NCBI GenBank assembly: GCA_032718475.1 | Contig: JAUCBJ010000968.1 | Coordinates: 24,787-88,786 of the forward strand | Source of the DNA: Nemertoderma westbladi | Taxonomy: Eukaryota; Animalia; Xenacoelomorpha | Direction: 5' to 3' | DNA: 64,000 nt | Shown here: in pieces, positions 1 through 13,873 of the stretch | Position numbering within the stretch: the stretch's first letter is position 1 | How the letters are laid out: every line of letters starts with the position of its first letter | Made by a program: the position numbers and the translations under genes | Notes under the pieces: generated by a model | Told to the model about the DNA's origin: nothing | What the model saw: only the letters and a program-made list of their open reading frames with translations | Database searches by the model: none

Positions 1-3000
1 GTAGAGGGGAGCGCAGTGTGAGGATGGAGGTAATAGAGTAGAGGGGAGCGCAGTGTGAGGATGGAGGTAATAGAGTAGAGGGGAGCGCAGTGTGAGGATG
101 GATGTAATAGAGTAGAGGGGAGCGTAGTGTGAGGATGGAGGTAATAGAGTAGAGGGGAGCGCAGTGTGAGGATGGATGTAATAGAGTAGAGGGGAGCGCA
201 GTGTGGGGATGGAGGTAATAGAGTAGAGGGGAGCGCAGTGAGGGGATGGAGGTAATAGAGTAGAGGGGAGCGCAGTATGAGGATGGAGGTAATAGAGTAG
301 AGGGGGGCGCAGTGTGAGGATGGATGTAATAGAGTAGAGGGGGGCGCAGTGTGAGGATGGATGTAATAGAGTAGAGGGGAGCGTAGTGTGAGGATGGAGG
401 TAATAGAGTAGAGGGGAGCGCAGTGTGGGGATGGAGGTAATAGAGTAGAGGGGGGCGCAGTGTGAGGATGGAGGTAATAGAGTAGAGGGGGGCGCAGTGT
501 GAGGATGGATGTAATAGAGTAGAGGGGGGCGCAGTGTGAGGATGGATGTAATAGAGTAGAGGGGAGCGTAGTGTGAGGATGGAGGTAATAGAGTAGAGGG
601 GAGCGCAGTGTGAGGATGGAGGTAATAGAGTAGAGTGGAGCGCAGTGTGAGGATGGATGTAATAGAGTAGAGGGGAGCGCAGTATGAGGATGGAGGTAAT
701 AGAGTAGAGGGGGGCGCAGTGTGAGGATGGATGTAATAGAGTAGAGGGGGGCGCAGTGTGAGGATGGATGTAATAGAGTAGAGGGGAGCGTAGTGTGAGG
801 ATGGAGGTAATAGAGTAGAGGGGAGCGCAGTGTGAGGATGGATGTAATAGAGTAGAGGGGAGCGCAGCGTGAGGATGGATGTAATAGAGTAGATGGGAGC
901 TCAGTGAGGGGATGGAGGTAATAGAGTAGAGTGGAGCGCAGTGTGAGGATGGATGTAATAGAGTAGAGGGGAGCGCAGTGTGAGGATGGAGGTAATAGAG
1001 TAGAGGGGAGCGCAGTGTGAGGATGGAGGTAATAGAGTAGAGGGGAGCGCAGTGTGAGGATGGAGGTAATAGAGTAGAGGGGGGCGCAGTGTGAGGATGG
1101 AGGTAATAGAGTAGAGGGGAGCGCAGTGTGAGGATGGAGGTAATAGAGTAGAGGGGAGCGCAGCGTGAGGATGGATGTAATAGAGTAGAGGGGAGCGCAG
1201 TGAGGGGATGGAGGTAATAGAGTAGAGTGGAGCGCAGTGTGAGGATGGATGTAATAGAGTAGAGGGGAGCGCAGTGTGAGGATGGAGGTAATAGAGTAGA
1301 GGGGAGCGCAGTGTGAGGATGGAGGTAATAGAGTAGAGGGGAGCGCAGTGTGAGGATGGATGTAATAGAGTAGAGGGGAGCGCAGTATGAGGATGGAGGT
1401 AATAGAGTAGAGGGGGGCGCAGTGTGAGGATGGAGGTAATAGAGTAGAGGGGAGCGCAGTGTGAGGATGGATGTAATAGAGTAGAGGGGAGCGCAGCGTG
1501 AGGATGGATGTAATAGAGTAGATGGGAGCTCAGTGAGGGGATGGAGGTAATAGAGTAGAGTGGAGCGCAGTGTGAGGATGGATGTAATAGAGTAGAGGGG
1601 AGCGCAGTGTGAGGATGGAGGTAATAGAGTAGAGGGGAGCGCAGTGTGAGGATGGAGGTAATAGAGTAGAGGGGAGCGCAGTGTGAGGATGGAGGTAATA
1701 GAGTAGAGGGGAGCGCAGTATGAGGATGGAGGTAATAGAGTAGAGGGGGGCGCAGTGTGAGGATGGATGTAATAGAGTAGAGGGGGGCGCAGTGTGAGGA
1801 TGGATGTAATAGAGTAGAGGGGAGCGTAGTGTGAGGATGGAGGTAATAGAGTAGAGGGGAGCGCAGTGTGAGGATGGAGGTAATAGAGTAGAGGGGAGCG
1901 CAGCGTGAGGATGGAGGTAATAGAGTAGAGGGGAGCGCAGTGTGGGGATGGAGGTAATAGAGTAGAGGGGAGCGCAGTGTGAGGATGGAGGTAATAGAGT
2001 AGAGGGGGCGCAGTGTGAGGATGGAGGTAATAGAGTAGAGGGGAGCGCAGTGTGAGGATGGAGGTAATAGAGTAGAGGGGGGCGCAGTGTGAGGATGGAG
2101 GTAATAGAGTAGAGGGGAGCGCAGTGTGAGGATGGAGGTAATAGAGTAGATGGGAGCGCAGTGAGAGGATGGAGGTAATAGAGTAGAGGGGAGCGCAGTG
2201 AGGGGATGGAGGTAATAGAGTAGAGGGGAGCGCAGTGTGAGGATGGAGGTAATAGAGTAGAGGGGAGCGCAGTGTGAGGATGGAGGTAATAGAGTAGAGG
2301 GGAGCGCAGTGTGGGGATGGAGGTAATAGAGTAGAGGGGAGCGCAGTGTGAGGATGGAGGTAATAGAGTAGAGGGGAGCGCAGTGTGAGGATGGAGGTAA
2401 TAGAGTAGAGGGGAGCGCAGTGTGAGGATGGAGGTAATAGAGTAGAGGGGAGCGCAGTGTGAGGATGGAGGTAATAGAGTAGAGGGGAGCGCAGTGTGAG
2501 GATGGAGGTAATAGAGTAGAGGGGAGCGCAGTGTGAGGATGGAGGTAATAGAGTAGAGGGGAGCGCAGTGTGAGGATGGAGGTAATAGAGTAGAGGGGAG
2601 CGCAGTGTGAGGATGGAGGTAATAGAGTAGAGGGGAGCGCAGTGTGGGGATGGAGGTAATAGAGTAGAGGGGAGCGCAGTGTGAGGATGGAGGTAATAGA
2701 GTAGAGGGGAGCGCAGTGTGAGGATGGAGGTAATAGAGTAGAGGGGAGCGCAGTGTGAGGATGGAGGTAATAGAGTAGAGGGGAGCGCAGTGTGAGGATG
2801 GAGGTAATAGAGTAGAGGGGAGCGCAGTGTGAGGATGGAGGTAATAGAGTAGAGGGGAGCGCAGTGTGAGGATGGAGGTAATAGAGTAGAGGGGAGCGCA
2901 GTGTGAGGATGGAGGTAATAGAGTAGAGGGGAGCGCAGTGTGAGGATGGAGGTAATAGAGTAGAGGGGAGCGCAGTGTGAGGATGGAGGTAATAGAGTAG

Positions 3001-6000
3001 AGGGGAGCGCAGTGTGAGGATGGAGGTAATAGAGTAGAGGGGAGCGCAGTGTGAGGATGGAGGTAATAGAGTAGAGGGGAGCGCAGTGTGGGGATGGAGG
3101 TAATAGAGTAGAGGGGAGCGCAGTGTGAGGATGGAGGTAATAGAGTAGAGGGGAGCGCAGTGTGAGGATGGAGGTAATAGAGTAGAGGGGAGCGCAGTGT
3201 GAGGATGGAGGTAATAGAGTAGAGGGGAGCGCAGTGTGAGGATGGAGGTAATAGAGTAGAGGGGAGCGCAGTGTGAGGATGGAGGTAATAGAGTAGAGGG
3301 GAGCGCAGTGTGAGGATGGAGGTAATAGAGTAGAGGGGAGCGCAGTGTGAGGATGGAGGTAATAGAGTAGAGGGGAGCGCAGTGTGAGGATGGAGGTAAT
3401 AGAGTAGAGGGGAGCGCAGTGTGAGGATGGAGGTAATAGAGTAGAGGGGAGCGCAGTGTGAGGATGGAGGTAATAGAGTAGAGGGGAGCGCAGTGTGAGG
3501 ATGGAGGTAATAGAGTAGAGGGGAGCGCAGTGTGAGGATGGAGGTAATAGAGTAGAGGGGAGCGCAGTGTGAGGATGGAGGTAATAGAGTAGAGGGGAGC
3601 GCAGTGTGAGGATGGAGGTAATAGAGTAGAGGGGAGCGCAGTGTGAGGATGGAGGTAATAGAGTAGAGGGGAGCGCAGTGTGAGGATGGAGGTAATAGAG
3701 TAGAGGGGAGCGCAGTGTGAGGATGGAGGTAATAGAGTAGAGGGGAGCGCAGTGTGAGGATGGAGGTAATAGAGTAGAGGGGAGCGCAGTGTGAGGATGG
3801 AGGTAATAGAGTAGAGGGGAGCGCAGTGTGAGGATGGAGGTAATAGAGTAGAGGGGAGCGCAGTGTGAGGATGGAGGTAATAGAGTAGAGGGGAGCGCAG
3901 TGTGAGGATGGAGGTAATAGAGTAGAGGGGAGCGCAGTGTGAGGATGGAGGTAATAGAGTAGAGGGGAGCGCAGTGTGAGGATGGAGGTAATAGAGTAGA
4001 GGGGAGCGCAGTGTGAGGATGGAGGTAATAGAGTAGAGGGGAGCGCAGTGTGAGGATGGAGGTAATAGAGTAGAGGGGAGCGCAGTGTGAGGATGGAGGT
4101 AATAGAGTAGAGGGGAGCGCAGTGTGAGGATGGAGGTAATAGAGTAGAGGGGAGCGCAGTGTGAGGATGGAGGTAATAGAGTAGAGGGGAGCGCAGTGTG
4201 AGGATGGAGGTAATAGAGTAGAGGGGAGCGCAGTGTGAGGATGGAGGTAATAGAGTAGAGGGGAGCGCAGTGTGAGGATGGAGGTAATAGAGTAGAGGGG
4301 AGCGCAGTGTGAGGATGGAGGTAATAGAGTAGAGGGGAGCGCAGTGTGAGGATGGATGTAATAGAGTAGAGGGGAGCGCAGTGTGAGGATGGAGGTAATA
4401 GAGTAGAGGGGAGCGCAGTGTGAGGATGGAGGTAATAGAGTAGAGGGGAGCGCAGTGTGAGGATGGAGGTAATAGAGTAGAGGGGAGCGCAGTGTGAGGA
4501 TGGATGTAATAGAGTAGAGGGGAGCGCAGTGTGAGGATGGAGGTAATAGAGTAGAGGGGAGCGCAGTGTGAGGATGGAGGTAATAGAGTAGAGGGGAGCG
4601 CAGTGTGAGGATGGAGGTAATAGAGTAGAGGGGAGCGCAGTGTGAGGATGGAGGTAATAGAGTAGAGGGGAGCGCAGTGTGAGGATGGAGGTAATAGAGT
4701 AGAGGGGAGCGCAGTGTGAGGATGGAGGTAATAGAGTAGAGGGGAGCGCAGTGTGAGGATGGAGGTAATAGAGTAGAGGGGAGCGCAGTGTGAGGATGGA
4801 TGTAATAGAGTAGAGGGGAGCGCAGTGTGAGGATGGAGGTAATAGAGTAGAGGGGAGCGCAGTGTGAGGATGGAGGTAATAGAGTAGAGGGGAGCGCAGT
4901 GTGAGGATGGAGGTAATAGAGTAGAGGGGAGCGCAGTGTGAGGATGGAGGTAATAGAGTAGAGGGGAGCGCAGTGTGAGGATGGAGGTAATAGAGTAGAG
5001 GGGAGCGCAGTGTGAGGATGGAGGTAATAGAGTAGAGGGGAGCGCAGTGTGAGGATGGAGGTAATAGAGTAGAGGGGAGCGCAGTGTGAGGATGGAGGTA
5101 ATAGAGTAGAGGGGAGCGCAGTGTGAGGATGGAGGTAATAGAGTAGAGGGGAGCGCAGTGTGAGGATGGAGGTAATAGAGTAGAGGGGAGCGCAGTGTGA
5201 GGATGGAGGTAATAGAGTAGAGGGGAGCGCAGTGTGAGGATGGAGGTAATAGAGTAGAGGGGAGCGCAGTGTGAGGATGGAGGTAATAGAGTAGAGGGGA
5301 GCGCAGTGTGAGGATGGAGGTAATAGAGTAGAGGGGAGCGCAGTGTGAGGATGGAGGTAATAGAGTAGAGGGGAGCGCAGTGTGAGGATGGAGGTAATAG
5401 AGTAGAGGGGAGCGCAGTGTGAGGATGGAGGTAATAGAGTAGAGGGGAGCGCAGTGTGAGGATGGAGGTAATAGAGTAGAGGGGAGCGCAGTGTGAGGAT
5501 GGAGGTAATAGAGTAGAGGGGAGCGCAGTGTGAGGATGGATGTAATAGAGTAGAGGGGAGCGCAGTGTGAGGATGGAGGTAATAGAGTAGAGGGGAGCGC
5601 AGTGTGAGGATGGAGGTAATAGAGTAGAGGGGAGCGCAGTGTGAGGATGGAGGTAATAGAGTAGAGGGGAGCGCAGTGTGAGGATGGAGGTAATAGAGTA
5701 GAGGGGAGCGCAGTGTGAGGATGGAGGTAATAGAGTAGAGGGGAGCGCAGTGTGAGGATGGAGGTAATAGAGTAGAGGGGAGCGCAGTGTGAGGATGGAG
5801 GTAATAGAGTAGAGGGGAGCGCAGTGTGAGGATGGAGGTAATAGAGTAGAGGGGAGCGCAGCGTGAGGATGGAGGTAATAGAGTAGAGGGGAGCGCAGTG
5901 TGAGGATGGAGGTAATAGAGTAGAGGGGAGCGCAGTGTGAGGATGGAGGTAATAGAGTAGAGGGGAGCGCAGTGTGAGGATGGAGGTAATAGAGTAGAGG

Positions 6001-6541
6001 GGAGCGCAGTGTGAGGATGGAGGTAATAGAGTAGAGGGGAGCGCAGCGTGAGGATGGAGGTAATAGAGTAGAGGGGAGCGCAGCGTGAGGATGGAGGTAA
6101 TAGAGTAGAGGGGAGCGCAGTGTGAGGATGGAGGTAATAGAGTAGAGGGGAGCGCAGCGTGAGGATGGAGGTAATAGAGTAGAGGGGAGCGCAGTGTGAG
6201 GATGGAGGTAATAGAGTAGAGGGGAGCGCAGTGTGAGGATGGATGTAATAGAGTAGAGGGGAGCGCAGTGTGGGGATGGAGGTAATAGAGTAGAGGGGAG
6301 CGCAGCGTGAGGATGGAGGTAATAGAGTAGAGGGGAGCGCAGTGTGAGGATGGATGTAATAGAGTAGAGGGGAGCGCAGCGTGAGGATGGAGGTAATAGA
6401 GTAGAGGGGAGCGCAGTGTGAGGATGGATGTAATAGAGTAGAGGGGAGCGCAGTGTGAGGATGGAGGTAATAGAGTGGAGGGGAGCGCAGTGTGAGGATG
6501 GATGTAATAGAGTAGAGGGGAGCGCAGTGTGAGGATGGATG
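1..6541. repeat. 37-bp G/purine-rich minisatellite (GTAGAGGGGAGCGCAGTGTGAGGATGGAGGTAATAGA)n, ~175 copies, truncated by window start
   Basis: Unit read directly from the sequence; near-perfect in the centre, more variants toward both ends. Probably intronic in the DEG/ENaC gene, whose upstream exons lie outside the window. Confidence 0.98.
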
Positions 6542-7417
6542 TCTTTAATAAAAGTTAATATTTAAATGATAGAATCTTTTAGGCTCATTTATTCAGGAAA
6601 TCCTGTTTACCAACATAGGTAATCTTCCTCAGTAAACTCTTCTAAAGCTTTTATAAATTAATTTTTTGTTTGTGATACATCATGTCCCAAAAATTTGAAT
6701 CGTTTTTGGTTAGAATATCTTTGCCAAATTTCTACCAAATTACTTGGTTTTGATATCAACTGTATTAATTCCGAAAATGGGTTGATATATGGAAATTGAA
6801 AATGGATTTGGGTGGATATCGTTTCCGGAACGGGGGTATTGGCTATAAGGATAATAAGATAATAATAATATCTGAGAATTAAATCTTGAAGGTAACCTGA
6901 ATATCGGTTTACACAATAATTGCTAGACACCGAAGGGATGTATGTAGATTGAGGCAACCTGGCTTTATGATATCACCAAGAATTAGAACAGAAAGCGAAA
7001 ATAAATAATAATTCTGACTCAAAAAGTTTACCAAAGTGAAAAAATTCGATTTTAACAATTTTACAATAAGATCAAACTCGTTAAGACGATCCTCCAATTT
7101 ATTAATTAAACGATAAACTAACATAGACATAGATATTAATTACATATTTGTAGACCTACTGTATGATTGCATTATCACACCACTTTGCACTCAGACTTAC
7201 ACGCGCACATGATGACTTCGTGTTTCCGTTTGAGGGCGCCATGCCCCCCCCCCCCCCCCCCCCCTTCAAATGCTAGGGGGGGGGGGGGGGAGGGGCAACT
7301 GGCCCCCCGGCACCCCTTGGATCAGCGATCCGCCGCTTTTCTTAGCTACCGTTCAACACTTTGTTCCAGGGCATTCTAATAACGTATTCCATCTAATTGT
7401 TCATATATTATTTACAG

Positions 7418-10400
7418 CAAAAGATTCGCAAACAAGGAAAACCGTATGGTAATTGCGCTACGAAATGGTCGGATATTCCGAGTCTGGATGGGTTGACAGT
7501 CGCTGGTAACTATACGAGACGAGCCTGTGAGAAGTATTGTCTGGCTAAAAAGGTGCTGGCCGAATGTGGATGTGCAGACAATTACATCCTAGAGAACACA
7601 ACAATTTGTAAACCAATTAATATAACCCAAGGTGATACATTATAATGACACCATAACCCTTAATACAACAACCATTTTTAGGGGATCAGAGCCCCCCCCC
7701 CCCCCCCCCCCCCCACCCCCCCTATTTTTTTTCAAATTTCAATAAAATGCTACGAAATTTGGCATGATCATAGATCGGCACCTTTTCTAGTTCGAAATCG
7801 TCAAACCATCTTCACCCAACACGCCATCTTCATTATTATTAGCCGCCATCTCACGCATTATTTTTTACTTCAATCACAGCTACCTAGAATTCTAGAATAT
7901 TAATTATTATTTAAAACGTCTAAAAACCGACCCCCTAAAAATGATTGTTGTATTAAGGGTTAAGGTTTATATAACATTGACAACTTTATTGTGGTAAACA
8001 CTACAAAGACAAAAATAGATCTAAATTGTAGCGAAAATGTAATTATTATTATTTTGAAGAATAATGCTACTTTATGTGTAATGAATGGGAGAATCTTTTA
8101 GGCTCGTTAAGCCAAGGAATGCCTGGTCACCACCATGGGTGATGATCATCTTTCACAGTAAATCCTTCCACTCTCTTTCCCAAGTAAACAAAATGAGCCT
8201 TTGGCATAAAAAAAAATCCCGCAAACAAATGAGAGCGAATTAATTTTTTATCACCACAAATGATAAAACCAAATGTTTGTGGCGGTCATTGATATTCAAA
8301 TTACCGTAAGTCTTTTTCCAGAAAAGTGTCGCTTGCGTGTCTACAACAGTTACAAAACGCAGAAATTCAACTGTAGTTGCCATCCTGCTTGTTACCAAGA
8401 GAACTACCAAGCGTTCAGTAGCGCCTCTCGATGGCCTTCTCAACAATACATGGTAAGTGATTTACATTAAAGCTGCAGTTTGATGGCCAATTGAATTATG
8501 ACCGAGAATTTGGTCTTTGCAATTAAAACCAAAACTAAATAAATTATGGCAGGCTACAGTAGTGCCCAGGTACAGGTTGGATATGCATCTATGCAATAGT
8601 AATGCAAGCATAACACAGAAGGCAAACTTGGATCAGGGTAACAAAAGGGCCCCTACAGTCGGTAGCAGTGCTATAGGCCTTGGATAGGCGGAAGGTAATC
8701 AACTAACGTCTAGCCATGTAGACCATGTCGGCGGAAAGTAATTAACCAACGGCGGTCTACTGCGAAGACGCTTGTAGGAGTTGCGACCGCGAGCGGTTTA
8801 CTCCCGCAATTGAAAGATATGAGAATGATAACCAAACCACCCAGAATAATTACAACACAAAGTGGAGGAACAGAATAACAATGCGAGACATACAGCTCGT
8901 CCAACTAATTGGTCCGGACCACAGAATCGTATCTGCAGGAGTCAGACTCAGTTTGAGAAATATAAATATAATTTGTGCCCATCACGCCAGCAAACACAGG
9001 ACAAGCAAGCGAATCAACATGACTGGCGAATGGGCGACTGAGAATTGACAATGCAGATAGAAAAAAGATGATAGCCCAGAAGAACGTGTTGGGAAATGGA
9101 AAGATAACTTCAGCAACTTGCTTGGGCAGTCACAAAACAACGAGTTCAGACCTACAAGGAATATATAATATGACAATATGCAATGTATAGAAACAAGGTA
9201 CTTCACACCTGCCATACTCCAGAGAAGCTGAACAGGTATGGAAAACAGGAGTGCTGAACAAACCATCCTTTATTGGATGTTTGCATAAGGATGCTGAAAG
9301 GGGAAAATCCATCACCAATTCGGACTAAATGTCAACTTTTTTTTTGAACAAAGATACGCCTCCATCGAGACAAATTTGTTTTACTAATTAATAATAATAA
9401 ATAGCACAATAAGGTATGTATATGAAGCAAGGAAGTCAACTTTTTAAAGCCTCTTCTCCAAAAAGGAGACCTCGGTGTACTCCGGGATGAGTCTCCTTGT
9501 GGTAGCTGCCAAAATATACAACGATACGGGAATTTCCGGTTTGGGGGGCACTAAAACGCTAAAAAACGCATGTGTCTAAAACACTTGTCTGTTAGCAAAA
9601 CACTTAGAAAATTTTTCTCATATTCATTTCTACATTGTCTATATGTGAAAAGACTCTGATATTTTTCTCAAATTTCCCGGTCTCCTCGGGGAAATAGCGG
9701 GAAAAAAGAAAGAAAAATTTTCCCAAAATTTTTAAAGATTTTAGATAAACATGGTTTTCTCAATCCATATTTTTATTATACATAACAGCATAATCTGAGT
9801 ATAATAATAGCTATTAATAACTTCTTCTACAAAATTCAGATTTCGGGCCGTGAAATTAACTGTACTGGGCAATATGGGTCATTTTGAACCACAACAGCCA
9901 ACAAACTGTGTGTAAAATGTTTTTATTCGATTATTTCTAAACAAAGGACATGAGCTAGGGAGGTAGTAAGTAGTAGTACATATTATAAACCAAAAGACAC
10001 TCTCGGATGTCACTAAGTAACAACCCCCTGCACTGTAGAATTCAAAAGTTACCAAGCTGCATTCATTGCATTGGGTCAATTTAACCCATATCGGCCGTAC
10101 TGGAGTTTTTAAATGTTGATGGAAACTTGACGACAATTGATAATATAATCAAATATAGAGGTTGAGATTTCCAGTACCTTGGGATACCATCTAGAAATCA
10201 GATCTCTCCAGACACCTGAAGACTAAGTTCTTTCGAGCCACAGTGGAAAGTGTATTTATATACGGGCTGTGAGACCTGGACACTGACTAAATCACTTGAA
10301 CGACGAATTGATGGTTGCTACACAAGACTACTAAGGGCAGCCCTAAACATCAGCTGGAGACAACACATGACAAACGCCGAGCTTTATGGTACAATACTAC

Positions 10401-13400
10401 CTGTATCAACCACCCTCCGTGAAAGCAGATTACGATTCAGCGGGTACTTTCTAGAGAAGTAAAGACGAGGTCATACCAGATCTACTTTTCTGGCAACCAA
10501 TACAAGGAAATGTGACTATGTGAAAAAGGACTATGGCATACTGTATATAGACCAACTTGAAAGGTATACTGGACTTGGGAGAAACGAAATTGCGATATCT
10601 ATGGAGAATCGGGAAGCCTGGAAGGATCTCATTTCGACTGTCCGAATTCGCTCAACCTAGTAGTAGTAGTAGTACCATGGTTTGTCCAGAATTCTTCCCA
10701 AAAATTGGTCTAAATTAGTTTTGAAAGAGTCGAGGGAACAATTAGACATATTGAGTAGATTTGAGGTAAAACGTTGAACAATTTAGGTCCAACAACACCA
10801 AAACTTTCTCCGATAAGTTATTATTCTATCCGGAACTCCTTTTGAAATAGACTGGAACACAAAGAAACGGCTCTTACGGTTATTATATAAGTAGTTTTTA
10901 TTTTATGATCAATAAGTTAGGAACTTTGTTAAAGTTAGTTAGTTAGCAAAGTTAGGATATTTGTTATTTAATATTTTCCAGTATATATTATTAGGTATCT
11001 TTCAAGGCGCCTTTCAATTGAATATATTTAAAGTTCTGTAAACGTTCCCAATAATTTCTACATACATAGAAACTATGATACTAGAACTAGTTCTAGTACT
11101 ATCTGAGTACTTGGGATATAATTTATTTATGCATTTTTAACTTTTAGTGGTACTTTATGGAGAGACTAAGTGAAAATCAGTCTGAGTCAATGGATTCTAT
11201 TGCCAGTAAATTCATTCAACTTTTAGCATCGGACCCAGTGAATCCTGGAAGAAATGCCATGGACGTAATGAGGTATTGTTGGGCAGGGCTTTGTTAATTT
11301 GTGGTTATTAACCAGTGAATTACATATATATTATATAAGTTTATTGTCAGATAAAGATAATGGTTAAACAAAAAATAAAATAAATTTGCACATACAAACT
11401 CAAATAATAACGGTATTCCAACAGCATCCGAAATCAGTAAAAGCGTTATCAGACCAACAATTGCATTGCAAATTCAAATAGTTAACAAAAGTACAGTACA
11501 GCACATACAAAATACAGCACGTAAAAACTAAATAATTACTCACCAACCTACCCACCGAAAATTTGAGTGATATTTGTCCAAAAATAAACATATTTTGTAG
11601 CTATCGTTATTTGGGAGGAGGCCTACTATATACATAGTATATTGTACTCGTAGGCCTACTATAAACATAGTATATTGTACTCGTAGGCCTACTATATACA
11701 TAGTATATTGTACTCGTAGGCCTGCTACTATATACATAGTATATTATACTCGTAGGCCTACTATATACATACATAGTATATTATACTCGTAGGCCTACTA
11801 TATACATAGTATATTATACTCATAGGCCTACTATATACATAGTAGGCCTACTATATACATAGTATATTATACTCGTAGGCCTACTATATACATAGTATAT
11901 TATACTCGTAGGCCTACTATATACATAGTATATTGTACTCGTAGGCCTGCTACTATATACATAGTATATTATACTCGTAGGCCTACTATATACATACATA
12001 GTATATTATACTCGTAGGCCTACTATATACATAGTATATTATACTCATAGGCCTACTATATACATAGTAGGCCTACTATATACATAGTATATTATACTCG
12101 TAGGCCTACTATATACATAGTATATTATACTCGTAGGCCTACTATATACATAGTATATTGTACTCGTAGGCCTGCTACTATATACATAGTATATTATACT
12201 CGTAGGCCTACTATATACATACATAGTATATTATACTCGTAGGCCTACTATATACATAGTATATTATACTCATAGGCCTACTATATACATAGTATATTAT
12301 ACTCGTAGGCCTACTATATACATACATAGTATATTATACTCGTAGGCCTACTATATACATAGTATATTATACTCGTAGGCCTACTATATACATAGTATAT
12401 TGTACTCGTAGGCCTGCTACTATATACATAGTATATTATACTCGTAGGCCTACTATATACATACATAGTATATTATACTCGTAGGCCTACTATATACATA
12501 GTATATTATACTCATAGGCCTACTATATACATAGTAGGCCTACTATATACATAGTATATTATACTCGTAGGCCTACTATATACATAGTATATTATACTCA
12601 TAGGCCTACTATATACATAGTAGGCCTACTATATACATAGTATATTATACTCGTAGGCCTACTATATACATAGTATATTATACTCGTAGGCCTACTATAT
12701 ACATAGTATATTATACTCGTAGGCCTACTATATACATAGTATATTAGACTCGTAGGCCTACTATATACATAGTAGGCCTACTATATACATAGTAGGCCTA
12801 CTATATACATAGTAGGCCTACTATATACATAGTATATTATACTCGTAGGCCTACTATATACATAGTATATTAGACTCGTAGGCCTACTATATACATAGTA
12901 TAGTATACTCGTAGGCCTACTATATACATAGTAGGCCTACTATATACATAGTATATTAGACTCGTAGGCCTACTATATACATAGTAGGCCTACTATATAC
13001 ATAGTATATTATACTCGTAGGCCTACTATATACATAGTATATTATACTCGTAGGCCTACTATATACATAGTATATTATACTCGTAGGCCTACTATATACA
13101 TAGTATATTATACTCGTAGGCCGACTATATACATAGTATATTAGACTCGTAGGCCTACTATATACATAGTATAGTATACTCGTAGGCCTACTATATACAT
13201 AGTAGGCCTACTATATACATAGTAGGCCTACTATATACATAGTATATTATACTCGTAGGCCTACAATATACATAGTATATTATACTCGTAGGCCTACTAT
13301 ATACATAGTATATTATACTCGTAGGCCTACTATATACATAGTATATTATACTCGTAGGCCTACTATATACAAAGTATATTACACTCGTAGGCCTACTATA

Positions 13401-13873
13401 TACATAGTAGGCCTACTATATACATAGTATATTATAGTCGTGGCCTACTATATACATAGTATATTATACTCGTAGGCCTACTATATACATAGTATATTAT
13501 AGTCGTGGCCTACTATATACATAGTATATTATACTCGTAGGCCTACTATATACATAGTATATTATACTCGTAGGCCATTGATATAGAATTCTAAAATAAT
13601 ATATGCGGCAATTGTATATTATTTACTTTCAGAGAGAATTTGGTGCGCGTTGAAATATTTATGGAATCCTACGATTACCAATTTATAAACGAGAAAGCCC
13701 AGTACATCTGGTCGGACCTTCTAAGCGACTTTGGTGGAACTATAGGACTCTATTTAGGACTAAGCGCCATATCTGTAGTAGAAATGTTTGAAGCTCTTAT
13801 GTCTTTTATCCGAGTTCTTATTTTACAATCTCAACGGAAAGTGTCTCCTATTGACCTTCGCAGTAAAGTGTAG
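7418..13873 (+). CDS. DEG/ENaC (ENaC/FaNaC-like) sodium channel subunit, 3' part; exons 7418-7631, 8322-8452, 11148-11272, 13633-13873
   Basis: Spliced translation gives QKIRKQGKPYGNC...YTRRACEKYCLAKKVLAECGC...C..|EKC...FNCSCHPACYQENY...SRWPSQQYM|WYFMER...MDVM|RENLVRVEIFMESYDYQFINEKAQYIWSDLLSDFGGTIGLYLGLSAISVVE...RSKV*. This is the Cys-rich thumb, the WPS motif and TM2 with GGxxGLxxGxS. All junctions are GT-AG with matching phases (1,0,2). Confidence 0.92.
7657..7959. mobile_element. piggyBac-like MITE (~300 bp) in DEG/ENaC intron
   Basis: Termini CCCTTAATACAACAACCATTTTTAGGGG ... CCCCTAAAAATGATTGTTGTATTAAGGG form ~28-bp inverted repeats, flanked by ATAA (left) and TTAA (right). A related partial copy lies near 62460-62535. 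Confidence 0.75.
8092..8180 (-). repeat. Dispersed single copy of the 63-bp minisatellite monomer (reverse complement of the 55249-56837 unit); more decayed copy at ~6572-6643
   Basis: GTTAAGCCAAGGAATGCCTGGTCACCACCATGGGTGAT...CACAGTAAATCCTTCCACTCT matches the reverse complement of the array unit and of its GCTTAAC end. Confidence 0.8.
9040..9522 (+). mobile_element. Decayed RTE-like LINE ORF2 fragment
   Basis: Broken frames give DSPEERVGKWKDNFSNLLG, KKGDLG and GMSLLVVAAKIYN, homologous to the LINE at 17259-19020. Boundaries are approximate. Confidence 0.6.
10155..10673 (+). mobile_element. RTE-like LINE 3' end (RT thumb region) with (TAG)n tail
   Basis: FQYLG...KTKFFRATVESV..YGCETWTLTKSLERRIDGCYTRLLRAALNISW...RLRFSG, ending in tagtagtagtagtag at ~10658-10672. 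Confidence 0.85.
11619..13576. repeat. 33-bp intronic minisatellite (GTAGGCCTACTATATACATAGTATATTATACTC)n with 20-bp short variants
   Basis: Unit read directly; fills most of the last DEG/ENaC intron. Confidence 0.97.

Noticed and set aside
1-6541. Telomeric repeat
   Set aside because: 37-bp unit without TTAGG(G)-type motifs, and a gene apparently continues upstream of it.
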